Source: Gemmatimonadota bacterium
Lineage (GTDB): Bacteria > Gemmatimonadota > Gemmatimonadetes > Gemmatimonadales > GWC2-71-9
Direction: 5' to 3'
DNA length: 64,000 nucleotides
NCBI GenBank assembly: GCA_040002895.1
Contig: JBDUDP010000001.1
Span: forward strand, 58,872 to 122,871
The notes beneath the pieces are model-generated. The model searched no databases, was not told the origin of the DNA, and saw only the letters and a list, made by a program, of their open reading frames with translations. Shown here piece by piece: positions 35,541 through 45,212 of this stretch. Both the position numbers and the translations under genes were made by a program. Every line of letters begins with the position of its first letter. The stretch's first letter is position 1.

Positions 35541-35858
35541 ATGTACGCGATTTTCAAGGCATTGGGGAAGCAGTATCGCGCCGAGACCGGCGCGACACTC
35601 CGCTTGCCCCTGATGGAGAAGAAGGCCGCTGGCGACGTGGTGACATTCGATGAGGTGCTGCTGACCTCCTCGGGTGACACGATCACGGCCGGCGTGCCCA
35701 CCGTTGCTGGCGCCAAGGTGACCGTCGAGGTCGTCGGGCACGGCAAGGAAAAGAAGATCTACGTCTTCAAGTTCAAGCGCCGGAAGAACTATCGGCGGAA
35801 GACCGGACATCGGCAGAAGTACACCGAAGTCCGCATCACTGACGTCCAGCTGGGTTGA
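35541..35858 (+). CDS. rplU: 50S ribosomal protein L21
   Basis: Start at ATG 35541. Contains 'MYAIFKALGKQYRAETG' and 'GKEKKIYVFKFKRRKNYRRKTGHRQKYTEVRI'. Confidence 0.95.
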   Translation: MYAIFKALGKQYRAETGATLRLPLMEKKAAGDVVTFDEVLLTSSGDTITAGVPTVAGAKVTVEVVGHGKEKKIYVFKFKRRKNYRRKTGHRQKYTEVRITDVQLG

Positions 35859-35866
35859 GGTAACGC

Positions 35867-36136
35867 ATGGCTCACAAGAAGGGCGTCGGCTCCAGCCGCA
35901 ACGGCCGCAATTCCAATCCGCAGTTCCTCGGCGTCAAGCACTTCGGGGGCGAGCGGGTCACCTCGGGCAGCATCCTGGTGAAGCAGCGCGGCACCAAGTT
36001 CCATCCGGGCAAGAACGTCTTCAAGGCCAAGGATGACTCGCTGCACACCTACATCGATGGTGTCGTGAAATTCGAGCGCAAGGATCGCAACCGCTTGAAG
36101 ATCTCCGTCTATCCCATCGAGACTGCGACGGCCTGA
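35867..36136 (+). CDS. rpmA: 50S ribosomal protein L27
   Basis: 89 aa with '[24 protein letters not shown]' and '[15 protein letters not shown]'. Confidence 0.96.
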   Translation: MAHKKGVGSSRNGRNSNPQFLGVKHFGGERVTSGSILVKQRGTKFHPGKNVFKAKDDSLHTYIDGVVKFERKDRNRLKISVYPIETATA

Positions 36137-36161
36137 AGCCGACGCCACACGATGGACACGC

Positions 36162-36187
36162 AAGGGGCACCCGTCAGGGTGCCCCTT
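36162..36187. terminator. bidirectional intrinsic terminator hairpin between rpmA and the convergent phosphodiesterase gene
   Basis: aaGGGGCACC-cgtcag-GGTGCCCCtt. It has a perfect 8-bp GC-rich stem (36164-36171 pairing with 36178-36185), a 6-nt loop, and AA/TT flanks. The stop codon of the minus-strand gene (36174-36176) lies in the loop. Confidence 0.6.
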
Positions 36188-36893
36188 CGACGTTGCGGGA
36201 ACCGACCCGGAGCCGCTCGGGCCAATTGCCACAGAGCCCTGCGACACCGAGTCGACCGAGCCGCTCGCTGATGGCGACCTCGTTGACGGTCCAAGCGATG
36301 ACTTTTATGCCTGCGGCCCCGCAGCGCGAGATCAACTCCGCATCGATCAACTCAAACTCCTGCCACAGTGTCACCGCACCCGCCGCCACGACCGGCCCCA
36401 CCGGGTCGAGCGGCATGCTCGCCGACAGCACGCCCAAGGAAAGCGTGGGGGCCTGGCGGTGCAGCCGCGCGATCAGCCGATGGTCGAACCCATGGACATG
36501 GATACGGTCGGGCCGCCGGCAGCCGGCGATGAGCTCGAGTAGGTGAGCGTCCGCGGCCGCCGGGAGCCCTTTCGCTTCGAGATGGAGGTGAACGTCCCCC
36601 TCGAGCCGGAGGACCTCGGCCACGGTCGGGGCGGGGGATCCGTCGGCCAAGCGCTGCCGGGCCACCTCTGCGGCCTCGAGTTCGGCGATGGCACGGCCGT
36701 CGGGCAGACAGGGGTCATGGTGCACCACCAATTCCCCGTCGCGGGTGGCGTGGAAATCCAGTTCGATGCCGTCGACTCCCAGGGCGATTGCGATCCGGAA
36801 CGCCTCCAGAGAGTTCTCCAGCGCCGCGCCAGAGGCGCCACGATGGGCGATGATCCAAGGCTGGGTCGATGTGGACAACGACTGTGGGGACAT
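36174..36893 (-). CDS. glycerophosphodiester phosphodiesterase
   Basis: 239 aa with 'IIAHRGASGAALENSLEAFRIAIALGVDGIELDFHATRDGELVVHHD' and 'IKVIAWTVN'. Confidence 0.9.
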   Translation of the reverse strand: MSPQSLSTSTQPWIIAHRGASGAALENSLEAFRIAIALGVDGIELDFHATRDGELVVHHDPCLPDGRAIAELEAAEVARQRLADGSPAPTVAEVLRLEGDVHLHLEAKGLPAAADAHLLELIAGCRRPDRIHVHGFDHRLIARLHRQAPTLSLGVLSASMPLDPVGPVVAAGAVTLWQEFELIDAELISRCGAAGIKVIAWTVNEVAISERLGRLGVAGLCGNWPERLRVGSRNVEGAP

Positions 36894-36931
36894 TGGGGAT
36901 CACTGGGGAAAGCTGTGGGAATCACCTGACA

Positions 36932-36960
36932 TGTCAAGCTCTATCCACAATGTGTATAAT
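36932..36960. promoter_or_regulatory. AT-rich island with promoter-like hexamers on both strands (divergent promoter region)
   Basis: This is the most AT-rich stretch I saw ('tcaagctctatccacaatgtgtataatgatttgtgtcgtttgttaacaaaatcag'). There is a perfect TATAAT on the + strand at 36955-36960. A perfect TTGACA lies on the - strand (complement of 36932-36937). The partner hexamers for both are poor. Confidence 0.3.
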
Positions 36961-37117
36961 GATTTGTGTCGTTTGTTAACAAAATCAGTTCGACGAACCA
37001 ACGGGTCACTGGCGCGCCCGCTCGCCGGTCACCTGCCACTGGTTCAGGCTGACAATCGGCGTCTCCGGTGATCTCTGAACCGCGCCGGCGCGATTCCCGC
37101 AACAGCTTGATGCCGCG

Positions 37118-37702
37118 ATGCTTAACGCTCCCCCTGATTCCTCGTCTAAAGGTGCGATGACCTTGGCGGCAGCGGACCTTCCGAACGATCCGGATCTGGT
37201 TGCCGCGTGGCGTGGCGGGGACGAGCACGCCGCCGACTTGCTGGTGCGCCGCCACGGGCAGGCGCTGGGACGATATCTCTCCGGCCTCGGCGCGGCCAGT
37301 GGCGAGGTGGACGACTTGGTGCAGGACACCTTCTTCCGGGCCTTCCGTGGGCTCGAGGGATGGCGGGGCGAGGGGAGTTTCCGGGGCTGGCTGTTTCGCA
37401 TTGCGGGCAATCTGCTGAAGGACCGCTTCCGGTCGGGGAAAGGGCGCATCTTCCTGGCGCTGGACGATCATGACATCGCGGATCATGCCGACCCCGAGGG
37501 CGAACTGGTGGCGGACGAGGTCGGTCAGCAATTGGTCGCGGGCCTCGCGCAACTGCCTCGCCTGCAACGCGAAGTGTTCCTGCTGCGGGTTCAACAGGGG
37601 ATGGCCTACGACGACATTGCCACGACCCTCTCGACGACCCCGGGTGCGGCGCGGGTGCATTACCATCATGCGGTGAAGCGGCTGAAGGAGTGGCTCACAT
37701 GA
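37118..37702 (+). CDS. ECF-type RNA polymerase sigma-70 family factor
   Basis: 194 aa with 'DLVQDTFFRAFRGLEGWRGEGSFRGWLFRIAGNLLKDRFR' (region 2) and 'LPRLQREVFLLRVQQGMAYDDIATTL' (region 4). Confidence 0.9.
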   Translation: MLNAPPDSSSKGAMTLAAADLPNDPDLVAAWRGGDEHAADLLVRRHGQALGRYLSGLGAASGEVDDLVQDTFFRAFRGLEGWRGEGSFRGWLFRIAGNLLKDRFRSGKGRIFLALDDHDIADHADPEGELVADEVGQQLVAGLAQLPRLQREVFLLRVQQGMAYDDIATTLSTTPGAARVHYHHAVKRLKEWLT

Positions 37703-38205
37703 TCGATTGTGCAGGGCTCAGTGATCGCATGGTAGCGGTGGCGCACGGCGTCAGCGTCTGGGAGCCGGGCGAGCAGGCGCACCTGCACGCCTGCCGCGAC
37801 TGTGCCGACGAATGGCGACTGGTTCAGGCCGGTGGTGGTCTCGCGCACGACACCGTGATTGACACGGAGCGGATCCTTGTCCGGCTGCACGAGCGATTGC
37901 GCACACCAGTCCCGCAACTCCGACCGGCGTCACGGCCGCTACGTCAAGTCGCGATGGTTGCGATGGCAGCCAGTATCGCGCTCCTGTTCCTGGTCCCGAC
38001 GGTTCGCCGGGCGACCAACGTTGCTGTTGTGGTGCCTGCCGTTGTCGTGCTGCCAGAGCTGGAGCGCCTGAATGAGCATCAACTCGAGGCGGTGCTGACC
38101 GAGCTGGATGGTGGCAACGATGTCCTGAGTCCCATGCGTCTGCCACGCATGGGCGACCTGACGGTGCAACAGCTGGAACTGGTACTCCACGAGTTGGGGG
38201 GATGA
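37699..38205 (+). CDS. anti-sigma factor (zf-HC2-like N-terminus, single TM)
   Basis: ATGA-coupled to the sigma gene. Contains 'HLHACRDCADEW' and TM segment 'VAMVAMAASIALLFLV'. Confidence 0.65.
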   Translation: MIDCAGLSDRMVAVAHGVSVWEPGEQAHLHACRDCADEWRLVQAGGGLAHDTVIDTERILVRLHERLRTPVPQLRPASRPLRQVAMVAMAASIALLFLVPTVRRATNVAVVVPAVVVLPELERLNEHQLEAVLTELDGGNDVLSPMRLPRMGDLTVQQLELVLHELGG

Positions 38206-38690
38206 TGCGGATGCCGCGTGGAATCATGTTGGTCCCGCTGATGCTGGCGCTTCAGGCCATGCCGGTCGCCGCACAGCGGCAGCCGGCTGCGGCGCGAGCT
38301 GTCGTGCTCCGGGGTCGCATCGAGGAGCAGTTTGTCCGTCGGGTGCAGCTCGAGTTGGGCCTCAATGACGAGACCGCCGGACGGATGCAGCGAGTCACGA
38401 CCAGCTGGGCCACCCGTCGGCGCGCCCTCGAAGCGGAGGAGCGCCAGTTGCGGATGTCGCTCAACGGGCAACTCCGGCCCGGCGTGGCGGCCAACCCGGA
38501 CAGCGTCAATGCGGCGGTGGACGGCCTCACCGCCAATCGGGTGGCCTATGCTCAGAGCTTCCGCGACGAAATGCGTGACCTCGCCCCGATCCTCACGCCG
38601 GTGCAGCGCGGACAATTCCAGCTCTTGCGCGACCGCCTCCTGCTTCGGATGCAGGAAATCCAGCAGGGGCAACGGCCCGATTCCCCCTAG
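38202..38690 (+). CDS. periplasmic Spy/CpxP-like LTxxQ-motif protein
   Basis: ATGA-coupled. Signal peptide 'MMRMPRGIMLVPLMLALQAMPVAAQ', a helical Arg/Glu-rich body, and 'LTPVQRGQFQLL'. Confidence 0.6.
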   Translation: MMRMPRGIMLVPLMLALQAMPVAAQRQPAAARAVVLRGRIEEQFVRRVQLELGLNDETAGRMQRVTTSWATRRRALEAEERQLRMSLNGQLRPGVAANPDSVNAAVDGLTANRVAYAQSFRDEMRDLAPILTPVQRGQFQLLRDRLLLRMQEIQQGQRPDSP

Positions 38691-38726
38691 CAGGGCGCGA
38701 CTCCACTAGCTTTCCTGCTTCTCCCG

Positions 38727-39464
38727 GTGGAGTACGTCACAGTGCTGGACCCCGCTGGACTGGAAGTGCTCGCACAATTGTTCGCGAGCCCGCTCATCGC
38801 TCCAATCCTGCTCGCGCTCGGCGTGCTCGGCCTGGTGTTCGAGCTCAAGGCGGGCGCGTTCGGACTTGGCGCCTTGCTCTCCTTCCTCGCCTTCAGCGTT
38901 TTCTTCGGCTCGCACTTCCTGCTCGGCATGGCCGGGTGGCAGGAAGTGCTCCTGCTGGGGCTCGGCGTCTTCTCGGTTGCACTGGAGATGTTCGTGCTCC
39001 CCGGCGTCGGCGTTGTCGGAGCGGTCGGTGTCTGTTTCATCGGCGCCGCCGTGATGCTCGCGCTGCTCGGCACGCGCCCGACCGGGGTCGATTTCGCCGG
39101 CGCGCTCGGCGTCCTTGGCGCCAGTCTCGCCATCGTGCTGGCCGTGTTCTACGCCTGGCTCCGGCACCTGCCCACCTCGCAGCGATTCGCGGGACTGCTG
39201 CACACGAGCCGGTCCGATCGGGCCGGGGGCTACATCGCCGCACCCCAGCGTGACGACTTGGTTGGCCTCGCCGGTGTGGCGGTGACCGACCTGCGGCCAT
39301 CGGGTACGGCCACGATCGGCGGTGAGCGTGTCGACGTGGTCTCGGAGGGCGGCTTCATCGCGGCGGGTCAGCCCGTGACCGTCATCCGCGCGGACGGCTA
39401 TCGACAGGTGGTGCGATCGGCACTTCCCCAGCTTCACTCACCAGTTGCGCAGGCGGATTCCTGA
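38727..39464 (+). CDS. NfeD family membrane protein (no ClpP-like protease domain)
   Basis: 245 aa with 4-5 TM segments, then the OB-fold C-terminus '[47 protein letters not shown]'. The start could be GTG 38727 or GTG 38742. Confidence 0.8.
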   Translation: MEYVTVLDPAGLEVLAQLFASPLIAPILLALGVLGLVFELKAGAFGLGALLSFLAFSVFFGSHFLLGMAGWQEVLLLGLGVFSVALEMFVLPGVGVVGAVGVCFIGAAVMLALLGTRPTGVDFAGALGVLGASLAIVLAVFYAWLRHLPTSQRFAGLLHTSRSDRAGGYIAAPQRDDLVGLAGVAVTDLRPSGTATIGGERVDVVSEGGFIAAGQPVTVIRADGYRQVVRSALPQLHSPVAQADS

Positions 39465-40471
39465 TGAACACTGACAACACGGCCCTCGGCATGACCCTCG
39501 TGATGGTGTTTCTTGCCTTCACCGTCCTGATGGTGTTCCTGCGGTTCGTGCCCGTGGGTCTCTGGATTCGAGCGGCCGCCTCCGGTTCGCGGGTCTCCTT
39601 CATCACCCTCTTCGGCATGCGCCTCCGCAAGGTCGATCCCACCCGGATCGTCGATCCGCTCATCACGGCCACCAAGGCGGGGTTGTCGCTGGGCATCAAC
39701 GAACTCGAGGCGCACTACCTCTCCGGCGGCAACGTCTCGCGAGTCGTGAATGCGCTGATCTCGGCCGACAAGGCTGGCATTCCGCTCTCGTTCAAGCAGG
39801 CCACCGCGATCGACCTTGCCGGCCGCGATGTTCTGGAGGCGGTGCAGGTGAGCGTCAATCCCAAGGTGATCACCACGCCCAAGGTCGCGGCGATGGCCAA
39901 GGACGGCATTCAGCTGCTCGCGATGGCGCGGGTCACCGTCCGTGCCAACGTCAACCGGTTGGTGGGCGGCGCGGGTGAGGAGACCATCCTGGCGCGCGTG
40001 GGCGAGGGCATCGTGAGTACCATCGGTTCCGCCGCATCACACAAGGCAGTACTCGAGAATCCCGACATGATCTCCAAGACCGTGCTCGCCAAGGGCCTCG
40101 ATGCGGGCACCGCCTTCGAGATCCTCTCGATCGACATCGCCGATGTCGATGTGGGGAAGAACATCGGCGCCGAGCTGCAGACGGATCAAGCCGAGGCGGA
40201 TAAGCGCATCGCGCAGGCGAAGGCCGAGGAACGGCGGGCCCTCGCGGTCGCGGTGGAGCAGGAGTACAAGGCGGAGGTGGTGCGTGAGCGCGCCAAGCTG
40301 GTGGCTGCCGAGGCCTCGATTCCGTTGGCGATCGCGGAGGCCTTCCGTGCCGGCAATCTCGGCGTGATGGATTACCAGCGCTATCGGAACGTCCAGGCCG
40401 ACACCGAGATGCGCCGCGCGATCGCGTCGGGCGGGAGTGACATGCCCGGCGAAGGACAACAGGCGGGGTGA
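39464..40471 (+). CDS. floA: flotillin-like protein FloA (SPFH/band-7, YqfA/UPF0365 family)
   Basis: 335 aa with '[15 protein letters not shown]', 'LFGMRLRKV', '[30 protein letters not shown]' and '[13 protein letters not shown]'. TGATG overlap with nfeD. Confidence 0.88.
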   Translation: MNTDNTALGMTLVMVFLAFTVLMVFLRFVPVGLWIRAAASGSRVSFITLFGMRLRKVDPTRIVDPLITATKAGLSLGINELEAHYLSGGNVSRVVNALISADKAGIPLSFKQATAIDLAGRDVLEAVQVSVNPKVITTPKVAAMAKDGIQLLAMARVTVRANVNRLVGGAGEETILARVGEGIVSTIGSAASHKAVLENPDMISKTVLAKGLDAGTAFEILSIDIADVDVGKNIGAELQTDQAEADKRIAQAKAEERRALAVAVEQEYKAEVVRERAKLVAAEASIPLAIAEAFRAGNLGVMDYQRYRNVQADTEMRRAIASGGSDMPGEGQQAG

Positions 40472-40475
40472 TCGG

Positions 40476-41006
40476 ATGACGGGTCTGCTTTTCTTGCTCG
40501 TCGGCGTGTTCGTGCTCGCCCGCATCGTCCAGCAAGTCGGCGAGGCAGGTCGTCGTGGGGGCGGTGCGCCGGTCCCTCGCGAGCCAGGGGCTGCACCGAC
40601 GACGATGTCGGAGCTGCTGCAGGAGATGCGCGGTCAGTTGGAAATCGCGCAACAGCGGCAAGCGGGGCGCCTTCCGAGCCCCACGAGTGCAAAGCGGCCG
40701 GGGACAGCGGTCGGGGTCCGGCCGCAGCGATCGGTTCCCGGTGTCATGGGCGTGCCGGTGGGGCAGGGCGTGGGGCCGGTGGATCAGGATGACAGCGCGG
40801 AGGCATTGGTCCAGCGCCGCATCGACGAGGCCGAGGCGCGCAACGGCGCATGGCAGGAGAGTGACCACCGACGCTTCGATGCGGAGATTCGCGTGGTGCC
40901 GGTCGCGGCGCACGAGCTCAAGGGGTTCGGGGGACTGCGTCGTGCGATGATCTGGCGCGAGGTACTGTCGCCGCCGCTCGGCCTGCGGGATCGCGAGGAG
41001 GGCTAG
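40476..41006 (+). CDS. hypothetical membrane-anchored protein (YqfB-like position downstream of floA)
   Basis: Start at ATG 40476 (MTGLLFLLVGVFVLARIV), giving a single N-terminal TM. The remainder is Gly/Pro/Arg-rich with no motif I recognise. Confidence 0.5.
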   Translation: MTGLLFLLVGVFVLARIVQQVGEAGRRGGGAPVPREPGAAPTTMSELLQEMRGQLEIAQQRQAGRLPSPTSAKRPGTAVGVRPQRSVPGVMGVPVGQGVGPVDQDDSAEALVQRRIDEAEARNGAWQESDHRRFDAEIRVVPVAAHELKGFGGLRRAMIWREVLSPPLGLRDREEG

Positions 41007-41063
41007 CGAGCGACGCACAATGCCCTTGCAGGTGGGGCGAGCTCGGGCAACCTTTGGGCGCTG

Positions 41064-41146
41064 GCCCGAGTGGCGGAATGGTATACGCAGCGGACTCAAA
41101 ATCCGCCGGGGGCAACCCCATAAGAGTTCGAGTCTCTTCTCGGGCA
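41064..41146 (+). tRNA. tRNA-Leu (anticodon CAA), class II with long variable arm; CCA not encoded
   Basis: Hand-folded. Acceptor stem GCCCGAG/CTCGGGC plus discriminator A. Anticodon stem GCGGA/TCCGC with loop CTCAAAA. Variable stem GGGG/CCCC. T arm AAGAG-TTCGAGT-CTCTT. Confidence 0.92.
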
Positions 41147-41221
41147 CTCGCTCCGTGGTGGAACCGTGGCACCTGCCCTGTTGAGGAGGGCGACATCGAG
41201 GAACCGACAAGCGCGCTCGCG

Positions 41222-43624
41222 GTGACGGAGTCCGATCGCCCCTTCCAGCCCGCCCTCTTCGCCGGGTTGGCGCTTGCGGTCGGCGTCTTGACGCTCGTCG
41301 GCTGGGCCATCCAGTCCCCGCTGCTCCTCCACGCTTTCCCGACCTACCCTCCACTCGATCCATTCACCGCCGAAGTCATCGTGCTGGCGGCCGTGGGCCT
41401 GCTGCTTTCGCCCCGCGCCATGGTGTGGGCGGGGATCACAATCGCCCTCGTCTGCATAGGGAGTCTGGTCGCGAGCCTTGCCGGGTATGGCGCCTTGCTC
41501 GGGGGACTGCATCCCTTCGATCACGCGCTGGTCGCGGCGGAGCGTCAGGGGGCAACACCGGCATGGTTCCCCCTCGGAGTGTTAGCGCTGATCGGACTCG
41601 CGATGGTCCTGCTGGGCCAGCCGCGCACGCGTCAGCGGGCCTGGATTCCCGGTGGCATGCTCGCGGCGGCGGCGACGGCGGCGGCGTGGACGGTGTTGGT
41701 GAGTTACACCGTCGGCGTGATGGAGATTGACGCCTCGCCGCGTCCGGCGCGGGTCGCTGTCCTTGCGATGGTCGGTACGCTGCTCATGGGACTCGTCCTG
41801 CTGCAGCGCGGGTGGCGGCTCACGCACGGAGAGCGGCGATTCCATCTGGTGAGGTGGTGGCTGCTGGCCGCGTGGGCCGTGGCACTGGCGTACATCCTGG
41901 AATTGTTGAGTGCGGTGGTGCGGCGTCCGGATGTCATCGGCGTGTGGCCGGCGACGCTGGCCCTGCTCGCCGTCACGGGCGCCACTCTCGCGGCGGTGAT
42001 CGGGCTCGGCATGGAACGCAACCGCAGCGCGCGGCGACTGCTCGAGGCCAGGAATGCGGCACTCCGCGAGCAGGAGCGGCAACTCGCCCGCAGTGCGGCG
42101 ATGCTTCGCGCGGCGCTCGATGCCAGCCTCGACGCCTTCTACCTGCTGGAGGCATGTCGCGACTCGGCGGGTCACGTCCAGGATTTTCGCTTCCTCGACC
42201 TCAATGTGCGGGGTGCCGACGCGATTTCCGGATCGCGCGAGGAGCTCCTCGGATCGCTGCTCTGCGAGCAGGTTCCCGAATGCCGGACGGATGGCTTGTT
42301 CGGGCACTATGTCATGGTGCTGGAGAGCGGCGTGCCGCTGGAGGCCGAATTTCGCCTCGCCCATGGTCCCGGCGACGGCCGGGTTCGCTATGTCCGGCAG
42401 CAGATCGTGAAGGTGGGCGACGGCATCGCCGTCACCTCACGCGACATCACTTCGGGTCGCCAGCTCGAGGAACAGTTCCGCCATTCGCAAAAAATGGACG
42501 CCGTCGGTCGAGTCGCGAGCGGCGTGGCGCACGATTTCAACAACCTGCTCACCGTGGTGCGCGGCATCACCGACCTGCTGCTGGAGGATCCCGAACTCTC
42601 CGAGGCACACCGCGCCGATCTCCGCGAGGTCGAAGGAGCCGTGAAGCGCGGCGCCGGATTGACCTCGCGCCTGCTGGCGTTCTCCCGGCGGCAGCCGGTG
42701 GAACCGAAGCGGCTGTCCATCGGCGATCTGGTCACCGATGTGATGGCGCTGACACGCCGCGCCCTGCCGGGGAATGTGGCGATCGAGATTGATCTCGCCG
42801 CGCACTCACCTGTGGTGCTGGCGGATCGACTGCTGCTCGAGCAAGCCATGATGAACCTGATCCTCAACGCTCGCGATGCGATGGACCTGGGCGGGATCCT
42901 GACGGTGCGCACCGAGCAGGTGCAGCTTGACGCGCCGCGTCCCTACGATCAGGCCGTGATCCCCGTGGGCCTGTGGGCCCGCATCGCCATCATCGACACC
43001 GGGACTGGCATGAGTCCGCAGGTCATCGAACATCTGTTTGAGCCGTTCTTCACCACCAAGCCCGCGGGGAAGGGCACCGGGCTGGGTCTCTCGACCGCCT
43101 TCGGTATCGTGCGTCAGGCCGGCGGGCACCTGGTGATCGCCGAGACGGGGCCCCGGGGTACGACGGCGCATCTCTACCTCCCGACCATCGATGCCAATGA
43201 CCCCGAGATCGCCGTGGTGACGCTCGAGGGCGTCCCGCGTAGCGGGGAGGAGTGCGTTCTCGTCGTGGACGATGACGCCGCGGTGCGCGGCGTGGTCCGG
43301 CGGCTGCTTACGCGTGCCGGGTATCAAGTCACCGAAGTGGAATCGGCAGAAGCTGCCCTGGCGGCACTCGCCAGCGGGCCCCCATTTGCCCTGTTGGTGA
43401 CCGACATGGTCATGCCGGGAATGGGGGGCGGGGAACTGGCGCGCCGGGCGTGTGAGGCGGATCCTCGGCTCCGCGTGCTCTACATCTCCGGCTTCACGGA
43501 CGATGCCTCGATCCGTGATCTCCCGCTCGAGAGTGGCCGCGCTTTCCTGCCCAAGCCGTTCATCTCCGAGGAATTCCTGCGTCAGGTGCGAGAGCTGCTC
43601 GATGGGAGTGTCACACCCACCTGA
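41222..43624 (+). CDS. hybrid sensor histidine kinase/response regulator (multi-TM N-terminal sensor, PAS, HisKA, HATPase_c, receiver)
   Basis: '[10 protein letters not shown]' (H box), '[10 protein letters not shown]', 'DTGTGM', 'GKGTGLGLS', and receiver motif '[11 protein letters not shown]...[13 protein letters not shown]...PKPF'. The start is uncertain. GTG 41222 is the first plausible start after the tRNA. The track start at 41054 overlaps the tRNA. Confidence 0.85.
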   Translation: MTESDRPFQPALFAGLALAVGVLTLVGWAIQSPLLLHAFPTYPPLDPFTAEVIVLAAVGLLLSPRAMVWAGITIALVCIGSLVASLAGYGALLGGLHPFDHALVAAERQGATPAWFPLGVLALIGLAMVLLGQPRTRQRAWIPGGMLAAAATAAAWTVLVSYTVGVMEIDASPRPARVAVLAMVGTLLMGLVLLQRGWRLTHGERRFHLVRWWLLAAWAVALAYILELLSAVVRRPDVIGVWPATLALLAVTGATLAAVIGLGMERNRSARRLLEARNAALREQERQLARSAAMLRAALDASLDAFYLLEACRDSAGHVQDFRFLDLNVRGADAISGSREELLGSLLCEQVPECRTDGLFGHYVMVLESGVPLEAEFRLAHGPGDGRVRYVRQQIVKVGDGIAVTSRDITSGRQLEEQFRHSQKMDAVGRVASGVAHDFNNLLTVVRGITDLLLEDPELSEAHRADLREVEGAVKRGAGLTSRLLAFSRRQPVEPKRLSIGDLVTDVMALTRRALPGNVAIEIDLAAHSPVVLADRLLLEQAMMNLILNARDAMDLGGILTVRTEQVQLDAPRPYDQAVIPVGLWARIAIIDTGTGMSPQVIEHLFEPFFTTKPAGKGTGLGLSTAFGIVRQAGGHLVIAETGPRGTTAHLYLPTIDANDPEIAVVTLEGVPRSGEECVLVVDDDAAVRGVVRRLLTRAGYQVTEVESAEAALAALASGPPFALLVTDMVMPGMGGGELARRACEADPRLRVLYISGFTDDASIRDLPLESGRAFLPKPFISEEFLRQVRELLDGSVTPT

Positions 43625-43727
43625 CTTCCCGCCGGTGCTGGGTCCAGGACCGCTATATTGGGGCGACCTCGGTGCCCGGTGAGTTGCCGGACACCTCTCG
43701 CATCCGCGTCCCACCTTCCGGTATCCC

Positions 43728-45212
43728 ATGTCGCTCCTGATCGCGCATCGTGTCGCCGCATTTTCCTCGCTCGATACCTCGCTTCTCATCGTGCTGGTGT
43801 CCAAGGGCAACCTGCCGGACTCGCTGCAGGCGCTCGATGGCGCGACCGGCGGGGCCCTGGCCCGGTGCTGGGCCACGGGTGACTTTACGGGCGGGCGAGA
43901 CGAGACGGCGCTCCTCTATCCCGCGACCGGCACTGCCCAGCGGATTCTCCTGCTGGGGATGGGCGAGGGAAGCAGTCCGAGTGTCGAGGGTGTTCGCCGC
44001 GCCGCCATGATTGCCGGCAAGCGCGCTCGCACGCTTGGGGCGCCCGAGGCAGTACTCGCGGTGGCCGCCGAGGTGCTCTCCCTGGCGTCGCCGGCGAGCG
44101 TGGCGCAGTCGCTCGCCGAAGGGGTGCCCTTCGGTGCGTGGCACTACCCCGATCTCAAGCGCCCCCCTGACAACCCCAAGCCGATCTTCGCCCGCTGCGA
44201 CATCGTCACCGAGGCCGAGGTGGATGGTTTTGCGGCGGGCATTGCGCGGGGCAACGCCATCGCGGCGGGTCAGGCGCTCACGCGACGCTTGCAGGTCACC
44301 CCCGGCAACACCTGCACGCCGGAGTACCTCGCCGCGGAAGCCGTTGCACTCGGCGAGCGGCACGCGATCACGGTCACCGTGCTTGACCGCACGGCAATCA
44401 TCGCCGAGGGGATGCACGCCCTCATGGCCGTGTCGCAGGGGAGTGCGCTGGAGCCGCGGTTTATCATCCTCGAGTATCGCGGTAGCGAGGCGGCACCGGT
44501 GGTGCTGGTCGGCAAGGGGGTCACCTTCGACACCGGTGGGATTTCGATCAAGCCATCGGCGTCAATGGAGGAGATGAAGTACGACATGTCTGGCGCGGCC
44601 GCGGTGCTGGGCACATTCGAGACGCTTGGACGACTCCGGCCCGCGATGCATGTGATCGGACTGGTGCCCACCTGCGAGAACATGCCATCGGGCACCGCCT
44701 ACAAGCCGGGCGATGTCGTCGGCTCGCACTTCGGGAAGACCATTGAAGTGCTCAACACGGACGCCGAAGGCCGACTGATCCTGGCGGACGCCCTCTCGTG
44801 GGCGCGCCGCTACACGCCTGCGGCGGTGGTCGATTGCGCGACTCTCACCGGGGCCGTGGTGATCGGGCTGGGATTTTCGGCGACCGGCGTCCTCGGCACG
44901 GATGCTCCGTTGGTGGAGGCGTTGCGCGCCGCGGGTGAGCGTGCCGGCGAGCGGGTGTGGGAGCTGCCACTCTGGGATGAATACAAGGAACACATCAAGT
45001 CCGACATCGCCGACGTCAAGAACACCGGCGGTCGTCCTGCGGGCACCATCACCGCCGCGCTCTTTCTCAAGGAGTTTGTCGAAGGGTATCCGTGGGCGCA
45101 CCTCGATATCGCCGGGACCGCCTACACGGACCGGGAGCTGGCGACGCAGGCGCGCGGTCCCACCGGAGTGCTGGTTCGGCTGTTCACCGAATTTCTGCTC
45201 GCGCGCGGCTGA
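43728..45212 (+). CDS. pepA: leucyl aminopeptidase (M17)
   Basis: 494 aa with 'VGKGVTFDTGGISIKP', 'MKYDMSGAAAV' and 'NTDAEGRLILADAL'. Confidence 0.93.
   Translation: MSLLIAHRVAAFSSLDTSLLIVLVSKGNLPDSLQALDGATGGALARCWATGDFTGGRDETALLYPATGTAQRILLLGMGEGSSPSVEGVRRAAMIAGKRARTLGAPEAVLAVAAEVLSLASPASVAQSLAEGVPFGAWHYPDLKRPPDNPKPIFARCDIVTEAEVDGFAAGIARGNAIAAGQALTRRLQVTPGNTCTPEYLAAEAVALGERHAITVTVLDRTAIIAEGMHALMAVSQGSALEPRFIILEYRGSEAAPVVLVGKGVTFDTGGISIKPSASMEEMKYDMSGAAAVLGTFETLGRLRPAMHVIGLVPTCENMPSGTAYKPGDVVGSHFGKTIEVLNTDAEGRLILADALSWARRYTPAAVVDCATLTGAVVIGLGFSATGVLGTDAPLVEALRAAGERAGERVWELPLWDEYKEHIKSDIADVKNTGGRPAGTITAALFLKEFVEGYPWAHLDIAGTAYTDRELATQARGPTGVLVRLFTEFLLARG

Noticed and set aside
41054-41221. The track start (41054) of the histidine-kinase ORF, which gives an 856-aa protein.
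   Set aside because: The first roughly 31 codons would be read through the tRNA-Leu gene (41064-41146). I moved the start to the first plausible initiation codon after the tRNA (GTG 41222). The exact start remains uncertain.
41007-41221. tRNA-Leu as a possible integration hotspot or genomic-island boundary.
   Set aside because: No integrase, no direct repeat of the tRNA 3' end, and no compositional shift occur on either side. The flanking genes (flotillin operon, sensor kinase, pepA) look native.
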